Position numbers and translations under genes: made by a program. Under the pieces are notes generated by a model, which saw only the letters and a list, made by a program, of their open reading frames with translations, was not told the origin of the DNA and did no database searches. From Elusimicrobiota bacterium (GTDB lineage Bacteria > Elusimicrobiota > Elusimicrobia > UBA1565), in contig JBDREN010000190.1 in assembly GCA_043819795.1 (NCBI GenBank), positions 1-62,375 on the forward strand: a stretch of 62,375 nucleotides of DNA, written 5' to 3'. This document shows, one piece after another, positions 8,986 through 17,858 of this stretch. How positions within the stretch are numbered: the first letter of the stretch is position 1; every line of letters begins with the position of its first letter.

Positions 8986-10935
8986 TCACCTCGTCATCAG
9001 AAAGATGGCAAATATGCTCACGGCCAGACCGATGTACAGCAGGTACTCCTGGACATAGCCGCGAACGAGCCGGCGCAGACCCCAGCCGGCGTCCTCCGTG
9101 AGCGTGCCGAGCCCGTCGACGGCGCCGTCGATGAAGAAATCGTCGAAGAAGGCATGGATCTCCGCGACGGTGCGCGTGAGCAGGGCCCATCCGTCGATGA
9201 AGATGGCGTCGATGATGCGGTCATCGACCCAGGCGCACGCGGCGGCGAGCTTGTCCGCCAGGGAGACCAGCCAGAGGAAGAAATCGTCGAAATAGTAGCG
9301 CTTCTCCAGGGTCTCGACGGCCCAGGAGAAGCGCTCCCGCAAGGAGCGCGCCAGCGAGAACTCGCCCGAACCGTACAGCTTGTAGGCCAGGCCCCCGCCG
9401 ATCAGGAAGACGGCGACCGCCGCCGCGCCCAGCCAGCCGGGCGCGTGGTGCTCTTCAGCCATCCCGTGCGGCACATCGAACTGCACCAGCCCCTCGAAAA
9501 CGCCGTTATAGTTGAGCAGGAAGCCCGCCCCGACCGACAGGACGGCCAATATCCAGAGCGGGACGGTCATGACGGCGGGCGACTCCTGGGCATGCTCCCA
9601 CCTGTGGTGGTCGCGCGAGTTGCCCAGAAAGGTCATGAAGACGAGCCGGAACATGTAGAACGTCGTGATGCCGGCCGTCACCAGGCCGACGAACCACATG
9701 CCCTTGTTGTGCACGTAGGCGGCGTGGAGGATGGCCTCCTTCGAGTACCAGCCCGACAGGAACGGACACCCGGCGATCGCGAGCGTCGCGGCGGTCATCG
9801 TCAGGAAGGTCGTCGGCATCTTCTGCGAGAGCCCGCCCATCTCGCGCATGTCGTTGGTGTGCACGGCGTGGATGACCGAGCCCGCGCCGAGGAAGAGCAG
9901 GCCCTTGAAGAAAGCGTGTGTCGTCAGGTGGAACAGCCCGGTCGTGTAGCCGAGCACTCCCATCCCCATCATCATGTAGCCGAGCTGGCTGATCGTCGAG
10001 AAGGCCAGAACCCGCTTGATGTCGTAGGCCGTGATCGCCATGGTCGCCGCCAGGAAGGCCGTGCAGAGGCCCATCCAGGCCACCGCCGCCATCGCGAGCG
10101 GCGCGGCCGCGTAGATGAAGTAGACGCGGGCGATCAGGTAGATGCCGGCCACCACCATGGTGGCGGCGTGGATGAGGCACGAGACCGGGGTCGGGCCCTC
10201 CATCGCGTCCGGCAGCCAGATGAAGAGCGGGACCTGGGCCGACTTGCCGGCCGCGCCGCACAAAAACAGCAGCCCCGTGATCGTCGCGACCTCCAAAGAG
10301 AGGTACTCCTGCCCCAGCTCCGCGCGGTAGGCCAGCATGCTCAGGTCAAAGGTGCCGGTATGGGCGAAGAGGAGAAGAAGCCCCGCCATGAATCCCAGGT
10401 CGCCCAGCTTCGTCGTGATGAAGGCCTTTTTCCCCGCGTAGGCCGGGCCCGGCTTCTCGAACCAGAAGCCGATCAGCAGGTAGGACGAGACCCCGACGAG
10501 CTCCCAGCAGGCGAAGACCACCAGCAGGTTGGAGGAGACCACCAAGCCGAGCATCGAGGCCGTGAAAAAGGACATGTAGGCGAAGTAGCGCTTGAAGCGC
10601 TTGTCTCCGTGCATGTAGCCCAAGGAGTATACCTGGGCCAGGAAGCTGACCAGCGTGACGACGAAAAGGAGCGTCACGGCGGGACCGTCGATGAGTACCC
10701 CGAGGGACATCTCGTACTCGCCGAAGCTGAACCACGGGATCGCCTTGGAGTAGGGAAGGACCAGCCGGTGCGTGAGCGCGGCGTAGAACAGATAGGCCGA
10801 GTGGAGCATGCACCAGCCCATGGCCGTGATCCCGACCAGCGGCATCTTGGAGTCGGGGGACTCCTTTCCCCCGAAAAGGATGATCACCGAGGCGAGCAGC
10901 GGGATCAGCGGTATCCAGTAGACGTGTTCCAGCAT
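8986..10935 (-). CDS. nuoL: NADH-quinone oxidoreductase subunit L
   Basis: GKSAQ.PL..WLPDAMEGPTPVS.LIHAATMV, HAFFK.LLFL, long C-terminal arm. Confidence 0.95.
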   Translation of the reverse strand: MLEHVYWIPLIPLLASVIILFGGKESPDSKMPLVGITAMGWCMLHSAYLFYAALTHRLVLPYSKAIPWFSFGEYEMSLGVLIDGPAVTLLFVVTLVSFLAQVYSLGYMHGDKRFKRYFAYMSFFTASMLGLVVSSNLLVVFACWELVGVSSYLLIGFWFEKPGPAYAGKKAFITTKLGDLGFMAGLLLLFAHTGTFDLSMLAYRAELGQEYLSLEVATITGLLFLCGAAGKSAQVPLFIWLPDAMEGPTPVSCLIHAATMVVAGIYLIARVYFIYAAAPLAMAAVAWMGLCTAFLAATMAITAYDIKRVLAFSTISQLGYMMMGMGVLGYTTGLFHLTTHAFFKGLLFLGAGSVIHAVHTNDMREMGGLSQKMPTTFLTMTAATLAIAGCPFLSGWYSKEAILHAAYVHNKGMWFVGLVTAGITTFYMFRLVFMTFLGNSRDHHRWEHAQESPAVMTVPLWILAVLSVGAGFLLNYNGVFEGLVQFDVPHGMAEEHHAPGWLGAAAVAVFLIGGGLAYKLYGSGEFSLARSLRERFSWAVETLEKRYYFDDFFLWLVSLADKLAAACAWVDDRIIDAIFIDGWALLTRTVAEIHAFFDDFFIDGAVDGLGTLTEDAGWGLRRLVRGYVQEYLLYIGLAVSIFAIFLMTR

Positions 10936-10936
10936 A

Positions 10937-11242
10937 TCAGCCCTTGAGCAGATTGATGTCCTCGGCGTAGACGGTGTTCATGTTGCGGTAGATCGCGACG
11001 ACGAGCGCCAGGCCCACCACGATCTCGGCGGCGGCCACGGCGATCGTGAACAGGGCCACCGCGTTGCCTAGCATGTGCTCGGGATGCAAAAAGCGGTTGA
11101 AGGCGACGAGGTTGAGATTGGATGCGTTGAACATCAGCTCGATGCCCATCAGTATCCCGATGATGTTGCGCCGGGTCAGGGCGCCGAAGAGGCCGATCAA
11201 AAAGAGCAGCGCGCCGACGAACATGTAGTAAGAGAGGGTCAT
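10937..11242 (-). CDS. nuoK: NADH-quinone oxidoreductase subunit K
   Basis: RRN....MGIELM.N, AAAE..VGLA; start reassigned to MTLSYY (ATGA overlap with nuoJ). Confidence 0.93.
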   Translation of the reverse strand: MTLSYYMFVGALLFLIGLFGALTRRNIIGILMGIELMFNASNLNLVAFNRFLHPEHMLGNAVALFTIAVAAAEIVVGLALVVAIYRNMNTVYAEDINLLKG

Positions 11243-11754
11243 CGGGGCTCCCCCTCGCCCGGGCCCCCGCCCGGCTCCGGGATCGTGAAGACGACCGCGC
11301 CGACGAGCGCGGCCACGAGGATCAACGACGCCAGCTCGAAGGGAACGGAGAACTCGCCCATCAGGATGCGCCCCAGGGAAGCCGTCGTCGGCTCCGGCGG
11401 GGCCCCCGCCCGGACCTCGCCGAAGGCCGCGATGTAGCGCCACATCCCCCACAGCGTGACGCCGCAGATCAGCAGCGCCGCGAGCCACTGGTCGTTGGTC
11501 TGGCGCAGGCTCAGCTCCGAGGCGCGTCCGGAGAGCATGACGACGAAGAGCACCAGGACGGCGACGCCGCTGACGTAGATGAGGATCTGCGCGGCGAACA
11601 GGAAGTCGGCTCCCAGCGTGGCGAAGAGCCCGCCCACCCCCGCCAGGGCCAGGCCGAGCATCAGCGCGGAATGCAGCACGTTCCGGAGCAGGACGACGCA
11701 GACGGCCGCCACCAGCGTCACGGCCGCAAACACGTAGAAAGCCACATGTTCCAT
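11239..11754 (-). CDS. nuoJ: NADH-quinone oxidoreductase subunit J
   Basis: N..HSAL, Q..IY.G...L.LF..ML, PFELAS. Confidence 0.93.
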   Translation of the reverse strand: MEHVAFYVFAAVTLVAAVCVVLLRNVLHSALMLGLALAGVGGLFATLGADFLFAAQILIYVSGVAVLVLFVVMLSGRASELSLRQTNDQWLAALLICGVTLWGMWRYIAAFGEVRAGAPPEPTTASLGRILMGEFSVPFELASLILVAALVGAVVFTIPEPGGGPGEGEPR

Positions 11755-11768
11755 AATCGCGGGTCCCC

Positions 11769-12284
11769 TCAGTATTTGCAGCGTCCCGGAACGCTCTGGA
11801 TCCGGACCTGCCCCTCGGGCTCCTTGAATTCGCCGGCCTCAGCCGCGGCGACCTTGCCTAGATAATCGAACCCCTGCTTCCAGTAGCGGACCATCTCCTC
11901 GCGGCGAAAGAAGACGAGCTCGTAATCGAGCGAGTGCCAAAGCGCCCTGGGTTTCGACGCGCAGGCCTCCTCGCAGAGACGGCAGAAGTTGCACTTGCCG
12001 AAGTCGATCGAGTACCAGGCCGCCTTCGCGATCCGGCGCCCCTGCTCGTTCTTGGCGGGCTCGACCTGGATGCAGGCGGAGGGACACGCCTTCGCGCACA
12101 AGTTGCACGCGATGCAGGCTTCGGCGTCGTAGAGCAGCACGCCGCGGAAGCCCTCGTAGGGGACCAGCTTCTCGGTCGGGTACTGGACGGTGATCGCGGG
12201 CTTCAGCATCGTGAGAAAGGTCACGCGCAGCCCCTTGAGCAGGCCGACGAAGGCGGAAAAGATCTCCCCGAAGTAGGCCCGCAT
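11769..12284 (-). CDS. nuoI: NADH-quinone oxidoreductase subunit I (2x[4Fe-4S])
   Basis: T.QYP, FRG, CIACNLCAKACP and CNFCRLCEEAC; start MRAYFG. Confidence 0.92.
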   Translation of the reverse strand: MRAYFGEIFSAFVGLLKGLRVTFLTMLKPAITVQYPTEKLVPYEGFRGVLLYDAEACIACNLCAKACPSACIQVEPAKNEQGRRIAKAAWYSIDFGKCNFCRLCEEACASKPRALWHSLDYELVFFRREEMVRYWKQGFDYLGKVAAAEAGEFKEPEGQVRIQSVPGRCKY

Positions 12285-13585
12285 CAGAACACCATGTAGG
12301 CGCCGGCGAAAGCGATATTGGCGAACGACCACGGCAGCAGGAACTTCCAGTTGAAGTCCATGAGCCGGTCGACCCGGAACCGCGGGAAGGTCCAGCGGAA
12401 CCAGAGGAAGCAGAAGACGAGCGCCACGACCTTGGCGAGGAACCACCCCCAGCTCGGGATGAAGGCGAGCACCGGCAACGGCGCGGCGCCCCCGCCGAGG
12501 AAGAAGGCCGCCGCCAGACAGCACGACAGCAGGACGTAGGCGTACTCGCCCATGAAGAACAAGGCGAACTTCATGCCCGAGTACTCCGTGTGGAAGCCGG
12601 CCACCAGCTCCGACTCCGCCTCGGGGAGGTCGAACGGGATGCGGTTCGTCTCCGCCACCGAGGCTATGAGGAAGATGAGGAAGGCCAGCTGGCCGACCAC
12701 GGGGTAGAAGATGAACCACTTGGGAAAGAAGCCCAGCCAGTAGCCGTGCTGCGCCTCGGCGATCCGCGTGAGATTGAGCGTGCCGGCCAGCATCAGGACC
12801 GGGACGACCGAGAAGGTCCTCGGCAGCTCGTAGCTCACGAGCTGGGCCACCGAGCGCAGCCCGCCCAGAAGCGCGTACTTGTTGCCCGACCCCCAGCCGG
12901 CCATCATGATGCCCACCACGGAGACGCCCGCCATCGCGAACACGTAGACGACCCCCACGTCGATATCGGCGGCCGCCAGGTCATTGCCGAACGACACCGG
13001 AGCGAAGGCGAGCAGCGCCGGGGCCACCACCACCGCCGGCGCCAGGCGGTGCACCCATTTGTCGGCGACCAGGGGAGTGATGTTCTCCTTCAAAAACAGC
13101 TTGATGCCGTCGGCGATCGTCTGCAGCCAGCCGTGGAAGCCTCCCGTGTACATGGGGCCGAAGCGCGACTGCATGTGCGCGGAGATCTTGCGCTCCCACC
13201 AGACGATGAGGATCGGGCTGGCGGCCACGACGCCGAGAACGAGGGCGACCTTGAGCAGAGCCCAGACGCCCTGGGCCACGGCCGGAGGCAGCCCGACATC
13301 GTCGGCCGTCCCCTCGATCCAGGCCCACAGCGGCCCGCCGATGCGGCCCAGCTCGCCGATGATCGCGGCCGCGGCGATGCCCGCCAGGACGATCCCGGCC
13401 AGGATCAGAGCGCCGTTGCGATAGCGGGGAAGGGCCCAGCGGTCGGGCCAGAGCTCCGTCGGCCAAAGACGCGTGCCGTGCAGCAGGCGGCCCTGAACCT
13501 CGTTGAATACCGGGTCGGGGTATTTGCGCGCCGGCGGCTTCGCGGCCGAGGGCTTCTTGATCTCTTGATTGCCCGGTTCGCTCAT
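12284..13585 (-). CDS. nuoH: NADH-quinone oxidoreductase subunit H with N-terminal extension
   Basis: ERK...Q.R.GP, AD..KL..KE, AETNR.PFDLPEAESELVAGF.TEYS, PRFR.D. Confidence 0.95.
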   Translation of the reverse strand: MSEPGNQEIKKPSAAKPPARKYPDPVFNEVQGRLLHGTRLWPTELWPDRWALPRYRNGALILAGIVLAGIAAAAIIGELGRIGGPLWAWIEGTADDVGLPPAVAQGVWALLKVALVLGVVAASPILIVWWERKISAHMQSRFGPMYTGGFHGWLQTIADGIKLFLKENITPLVADKWVHRLAPAVVVAPALLAFAPVSFGNDLAAADIDVGVVYVFAMAGVSVVGIMMAGWGSGNKYALLGGLRSVAQLVSYELPRTFSVVPVLMLAGTLNLTRIAEAQHGYWLGFFPKWFIFYPVVGQLAFLIFLIASVAETNRIPFDLPEAESELVAGFHTEYSGMKFALFFMGEYAYVLLSCCLAAAFFLGGGAAPLPVLAFIPSWGWFLAKVVALVFCFLWFRWTFPRFRVDRLMDFNWKFLLPWSFANIAFAGAYMVF

Positions 13586-13592
13586 GCGGGCC

Positions 13593-14723
13593 TCAGCGGT
13601 CCACCTCTCCGAGGACGATGTCGATCGACCCGAGGATCGCGACGACGTCGGCGATCTTCTTGCCGATCAAGATCTCCTGGAGGATGGCCGTGTTCAGAAA
13701 GCTCGGGGCTCGGACGTGGACGCGATACGGGTAGAAGTTCCCGTCCGAGACGAGGTAGATCCCGAGATTGCCGCGGGAGGCCTCGATGTGGGCGTAGGCC
13801 TCCCCCGGCGGCGGTTTCGGGATCTTCGCGATGCCCTTCCCCATCGTCGGGCCCTCGGGCAGCATGTCCAGGGCCTGCTCGACGATCTTCACAGACTCGC
13901 GCATCTCCCGCGCGCGGCAGTAGTAGCGGTCCCAGCAGGAGCCGTCCTTCCCGGTCGGGACCTCGAAATCGTAGCGCCCGTACGTGCAGTAGGGCTCGGA
14001 CTTCCGGATGTCGTAGCTCACCCCCGAGGCGCGCAGGTTCGGCCCCGAGAGCCCCCACGCCAGAGCCTTCGCGCCGGAGACCAAGCCGACCGTCTTCGTG
14101 CGGTCCAGGAAGATCGGGTTGAAGGACAGCAGCTCGTCGTACTCCACGAGCCGGGGCTTGAAGTGATCGAGGAACTCGCGGCACTTGGCCATCCAGTCCT
14201 TGGGGAGGTCCTTCATAACGCCCCCCAGACGGATGTAGTTGTAGGTCAGCCGCGCGCCGCACGCCGACTCGAAGAGGTCGAGTATCATCTCGCGCTCGCG
14301 GAAGGCGTACAGGAACGGCGTGAAGGCCCCCAGGTCGATCCCGTAGGTGCCGAGAAACAGAAGGTGGCTGGCGATGCGGTTGAGCTCGCACATGACGACG
14401 CGCAGATGGCCGGCGCGCTCCGGGACCTCGACGCCCATCAGCCTCTCGGTCGCGAGGCAGAAGACCAGGTTGTTCGTCATCGCGGAGACGTAGTCCCAGC
14501 GGTCCGACAGGACGACGCACTGAGGGTAACCCCGGATCTCGCAGAGCTTCTCGGTCCCCCGGTGCAGATAGCCCACTTCGGGCTCGGCCTTGACGATGAC
14601 CTCTCCCTCCAGGGTCAGCCCGATCCGGAGGACCCCGTGGGTGCTCGGGTGCTGCGGACCCAGGTTGACGAACATCTGGTCCGACTTCAGCGTCGACTTG
14701 GTCGCGGGCTTTGTTTTCTCCAT
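13593..14723 (-). CDS. nuoD: NADH-quinone oxidoreductase subunit D
   Basis: NLGPQHPSTHGVLR, GYLHRGTEK, C-terminal DIVLGEVDR; no NiFe CxxC motifs; alternative GTG start at 14729. Confidence 0.95.
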   Translation of the reverse strand: MEKTKPATKSTLKSDQMFVNLGPQHPSTHGVLRIGLTLEGEVIVKAEPEVGYLHRGTEKLCEIRGYPQCVVLSDRWDYVSAMTNNLVFCLATERLMGVEVPERAGHLRVVMCELNRIASHLLFLGTYGIDLGAFTPFLYAFREREMILDLFESACGARLTYNYIRLGGVMKDLPKDWMAKCREFLDHFKPRLVEYDELLSFNPIFLDRTKTVGLVSGAKALAWGLSGPNLRASGVSYDIRKSEPYCTYGRYDFEVPTGKDGSCWDRYYCRAREMRESVKIVEQALDMLPEGPTMGKGIAKIPKPPPGEAYAHIEASRGNLGIYLVSDGNFYPYRVHVRAPSFLNTAILQEILIGKKIADVVAILGSIDIVLGEVDR

Positions 14724-14741
14724 CGTCACAGTGCGCTAGGG

Positions 14742-15323
14742 TCAGTCGAAGCGGTCAGCCTCGTGCACGTAGTCCTTGCGGAGCGGATGGCCCCGCATGA
14801 AGTCGGGCGTCAGGATCTTCTTGAGGTTCGGGTGGCCCTCGAAGGCGACCCCCAGCAGGTCGAATACCTCGCGCTCCTGCCAGTCGGCCGAGTCGAAGAG
14901 CCGCGCCAGGCTCGGGGCCCGCCCGCCGTCGCGCGGGACGTCGACCTTGAGGAAGACCTTGAGCCTCGCGTCCAGGTTCGTCAGGCAGTAGACGAGCTCG
15001 ATGGCGTCCCGGTAGGCGACGTTCGCGCCCTTGCGCGGAGGCAGGACCGCGGGGACCTCTCCGTCCGGCCGGAACACGTTCGGATTGGGCTCCCGGATAT
15101 ACCCCTTCAGGTCGACCGGGCCGTGCCAATCGACCGCGGTCACCATGTCCAGATAGCCGAAGCCCATCTCGCCCTTCAGCCACTCGACCACGGGCGCCAG
15201 TTCCTCGGCGGAGGCCAGGCGCATGGTGAGATAGTCCTTCACCTCCGGATCGGCCTTCCCCGCATCGGGGAACTTGGCGGCGAACTTGGCTTCCAGATGC
15301 TCTCGCGTCAAAACTTCGGTCAT
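14742..15323 (-). CDS. nuoC: NADH-quinone oxidoreductase subunit C
   Basis: ADWQERE.FDL.G..FEGHPNL..IL, GHPLRKDY; GGAGAG RBS; could start at 15377 with an 18-aa repeat-derived extension. Confidence 0.92.
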   Translation of the reverse strand: MTEVLTREHLEAKFAAKFPDAGKADPEVKDYLTMRLASAEELAPVVEWLKGEMGFGYLDMVTAVDWHGPVDLKGYIREPNPNVFRPDGEVPAVLPPRKGANVAYRDAIELVYCLTNLDARLKVFLKVDVPRDGGRAPSLARLFDSADWQEREVFDLLGVAFEGHPNLKKILTPDFMRGHPLRKDYVHEADRFD

Positions 15324-15377
15324 GGTCGCTCTCCAACGACCTCGGATGCGACCATTTCCTGCGCTATGCTCGGTCAT
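15321..15377 (-). repeat. Palindromic element at the nuoB/nuoC junction
   Basis: Shares both ends with 16308-16423 (ATGACCGAGCATA...ATGGTCGCATC..GTTGGAGAGCGACCATG). Confidence 0.8.
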
Positions 15378-15922
15378 GGCTGGCGGCGGGGGCCGATCTC
15401 CTGACGGGAGGTCGCCCCGCGGGTCTCCTTGAGCTTCATCCCCTCAATCTTCTTCTGCAGCTGCAGCAGGCCGTAGACCAAGGCCTCCGGCCGGGGCGGA
15501 CAGCCGGCCACGTACACGTCGATGGGGATGATCTTGTCGACGCCCTTTACCACCGCGTAGGAGTCGTAATACGGCCCTCCGCAGTTCGAGCAGCTGCCCA
15601 GCGATATCGCGAAGCGCGGCTCCGGCATCTGGTGATAGATCTGGATGATCGGGTCGGCCATCTTCTTGACGACCGTCCCGGCGATGATGATGAGGTCCGC
15701 CTGACGCGGGCTCGGCCGCGGAAATATGCCCATCCGGTCGAGGTCGAAACGCGCGGCGTAGGCGCCCATCATCTCGATCGCGCAGCAGGCGAGGCCGAAC
15801 GTCACCGGCCACATGGACGATTTGCGGCTCCAGTTGATCAGGTCGTCGACGCGCGCGAGGAGCCCCGCCCCGCCGGGCAAGACCCCGCAGACGCCGGGAA
15901 CCTTATCGAGTACGACGCCCAT
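15374..15922 (-). CDS. nuoB: NADH-quinone oxidoreductase subunit B
   Basis: [26 protein letters not shown]. Confidence 0.96.
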   Translation of the reverse strand: MGVVLDKVPGVCGVLPGGAGLLARVDDLINWSRKSSMWPVTFGLACCAIEMMGAYAARFDLDRMGIFPRPSPRQADLIIIAGTVVKKMADPIIQIYHQMPEPRFAISLGSCSNCGGPYYDSYAVVKGVDKIIPIDVYVAGCPPRPEALVYGLLQLQKKIEGMKLKETRGATSRQEIGPRRQP

Positions 15923-16310
15923 CGGCGGCCTCCGGGATACCCTTTTGCATCGGCATGTCCCACTCCAGCGCTCCCTTGCCCCAGGCGTAGACGAGCCCGA
16001 CGAAGAGGATGGCGAGGAATATCAGCATCTCCACCAGGGCGATCGGGCCGATCTCGCGCACGGTCACCGCCCAGGGGTAGACGAAGAGGACCTCCACGTC
16101 GAAGATCACGAACAGGAGGGCGAAGACGTAGAACCGGATGTTCGTCTTGATCTCCGTCGAGCCGATGGCCTCCATGCCGCATTCGTAGGTGGTCTGCTTG
16201 ATCGGGTCCGCGACTTTCGGCCGCACCAGCTGCGCGCCGATCATCGACACGGCGGCGAAAAGCATGGCGACGAGCGCGAAAGCGAAGATCGTCACGTAGT
16301 CCAGCATCAT
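15903..16310 (-). CDS. nuoA: NADH-quinone oxidoreductase subunit A
   Basis: [37 protein letters not shown]. Confidence 0.95.
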   Translation of the reverse strand: MMLDYVTIFAFALVAMLFAAVSMIGAQLVRPKVADPIKQTTYECGMEAIGSTEIKTNIRFYVFALLFVIFDVEVLFVYPWAVTVREIGPIALVEMLIFLAILFVGLVYAWGKGALEWDMPMQKGIPEAADGRRTR

Positions 16311-16423
16311 GGTCGCTCTCCAACAAAATCCGATGCGACCATTCCTGTGACCGAAGCGTTTGCGGCCAAACGCGAGGGAATGGTTGAGGCACTCAGCCGA
16401 AACCACGCAATATGCTCGGTCAT
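16308..16423 (-). repeat. Longer copy of the same element at the midA/nuoA junction
   Basis: Same termini as 15321-15377 plus an internal multi-hairpin segment closed by TGACCGA/TCGGTCA. Confidence 0.8.
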
Positions 16424-17439
16424 GGCAGCAGTCCCTTTTCCTGGACCAGCACCTTGAAGACGTCCCCCATCCCTTCCGGATGGAACAGGGTCTTGATCCG
16501 CGAGCGCTCGGCGAAGGCGGCGGCGCACATCCCGGACGGCATGCGTTGAAGGATGCCGCGCTCCAGGAGGAATCGTCCGAGGGTCGTGTAGGAGGCTGTC
16601 CGCAGCCCGCGACGCTCTCCCTCGGCGATGAGCTGCGAGAAATCGACGGACGCCGTGAGGTCCTGCCGGCCGGGCCGGGCCAGAATGTCGTCGCCGGTCG
16701 TGTGGCGGTAGAACGACCGCGGAGGGTTCGGCGCGCGCGGCGCGAAGCGCTTCCCGTAGTCCACCGTGATCACCGAGCCCGCCTTGAGCACGCGCGCGAC
16801 CGTCCGCATCCAGGTCCGCGCCTCGAGGCTGACGGCGTGCCGGCCGCCCTCCGGCAGGGAGGGGCCGACCCTGCGCGCCGCGTCGGAGAGCTCCCGCCTC
16901 GAAGGGATGCCGAGCCGCGCGCCCAGGCAGCGGCCCCGTCCACACCGCCTGTCGACGAACACCTCGCGCATCTCCCGGTCGCGCTTCTCGAGCAGGTGGA
17001 CCGGCATCGCGTCGACGAGCTCGTTCGAGAAGAGGACCCCGCAGAGGGGCTGGATCTCATCGAGGCGGCTGTAGCCCAAGAGCTGCGCGCCGACATCCTG
17101 AAGCGAAAAGATGCTCTCCAGCAGGGCGCTCTCGACGCGCTCGACGAGGACGTAGCGCGCCCGGCAGAACCATCGCCGATGGTTCTCCTTGAGAGCGCCG
17201 AGGACCTGCCGGGCCAAGGCGCCGTCGCCCGATCCCATCTCCACGATGAAGAGAGGCGCTGCGGGCCGCGCCTCGGCGACGGCGTGCAGCCGCGCCGCGA
17301 TCTCGCCGGCGAGGACCTCGGCGAAGGCCGGATGCAGCTCGGGGGCGGTGTAGAAGTCGTCGCGAGAGCGCCGATGGGGATAGAATCCCGTCTCAGGATC
17401 GTAGAGGGACGACTCCATGAAATCCCGGAACGTGATCAT
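16420..17439 (-). CDS. MidA/NDUFAF7-family SAM-dependent methyltransferase (complex I assembly)
   Basis: DFYTAPEL, VEMGSGDG.LA, NELVDAMP, DYG, PG.QDLTA.VDF, MG..FKVL. Confidence 0.9.
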   Translation of the reverse strand: MITFRDFMESSLYDPETGFYPHRRSRDDFYTAPELHPAFAEVLAGEIAARLHAVAEARPAAPLFIVEMGSGDGALARQVLGALKENHRRWFCRARYVLVERVESALLESIFSLQDVGAQLLGYSRLDEIQPLCGVLFSNELVDAMPVHLLEKRDREMREVFVDRRCGRGRCLGARLGIPSRRELSDAARRVGPSLPEGGRHAVSLEARTWMRTVARVLKAGSVITVDYGKRFAPRAPNPPRSFYRHTTGDDILARPGRQDLTASVDFSQLIAEGERRGLRTASYTTLGRFLLERGILQRMPSGMCAAAFAERSRIKTLFHPEGMGDVFKVLVQEKGLLP

Positions 17440-17449
17440 TGGGAAACGG

Positions 17450-17458
17450 ATTATAACA
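17450..17458 (-). promoter_or_regulatory. Extended -10 (TGtTATAAT) for the midA-nuo operon
   Basis: Perfect TATAAT with TG, 10 nt upstream of the midA ATG. Confidence 0.6.
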
Positions 17459-17483
17459 AAAAGGAACGGCCCTAGGCCATTCC
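17455..17483 (-). terminator. Rho-independent terminator after the histone gene
   Basis: GGAAUGGCC-UAG-GGCCGUUCC followed by UUUUUGUU. Confidence 0.65.
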
Positions 17484-17533
17484 CGCCGGCGAATCAAGAG
17501 GCCGGCGACTCACCCGCGGAGGAGGGCTCGCGC

Positions 17534-17713
17534 TCAGAGGTCCTCGGCTCCGAGGGTCTTCTTCTTGCCTTCGGTCTTGACCTTCTCGACAGCGGCCGAG
17601 ACGATCTGGTTGACCCGGCTCGACAATCCGTCGATGAAGTCCCCGCCGGTCCGCAGGCCTTCGGCCTTCACCATCGCCTTGATCTTGCTCACGATGACCA
17701 CCGTTTCGCCCAT
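17534..17713 (-). CDS. Bacterial histone-fold protein (59 aa, Bd0055-like singlet)
   Basis: Manual translation MGETVVIVSKIKAMVKAEGLRTGGDFIDGLSSRVNQIVSAAVEKVKTEGKKKTLGAEDL; AAGGAG RBS; VV.SK.K..K N-terminus and G.KT....DL C-terminus. Confidence 0.82.
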   Translation of the reverse strand: MGETVVIVSKIKAMVKAEGLRTGGDFIDGLSSRVNQIVSAAVEKVKTEGKKKTLGAEDL

Positions 17714-17753
17714 GTAATCTCTCCTTACGCCCGGTCTCTCGAAAAATCCCGAA

Positions 17754-17826
17754 TGGCGCGGGGAGGAGTTGAACCTCCGACCTAGCGCTTATGAAACGCC
17801 CGCTCTAACCCCTGAGCTACCGCGCC
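17754..17826 (-). tRNA. tRNA-Met (CAT), probably elongator; no encoded CCA
   Basis: Cloverleaf GGCGCGG/CCGCGCC acceptor with paired 1:72, loop TTCATAA, GGTTCAA T-arm; Ile2 not excluded. Confidence 0.9.
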
Positions 17827-17858
17827 AACAGGCGGCTATTGTACCAAATTCCTCCGGA

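Noticed and set aside
13593..15922. Group 4 NiFe hydrogenase
   Set aside because: The large subunit lacks both CxxC motifs and has NuoD signatures
17754..17826. Initiator tRNA-fMet
   Set aside because: Positions 1:72 are paired and the three consecutive G-C pairs of the anticodon stem are absent
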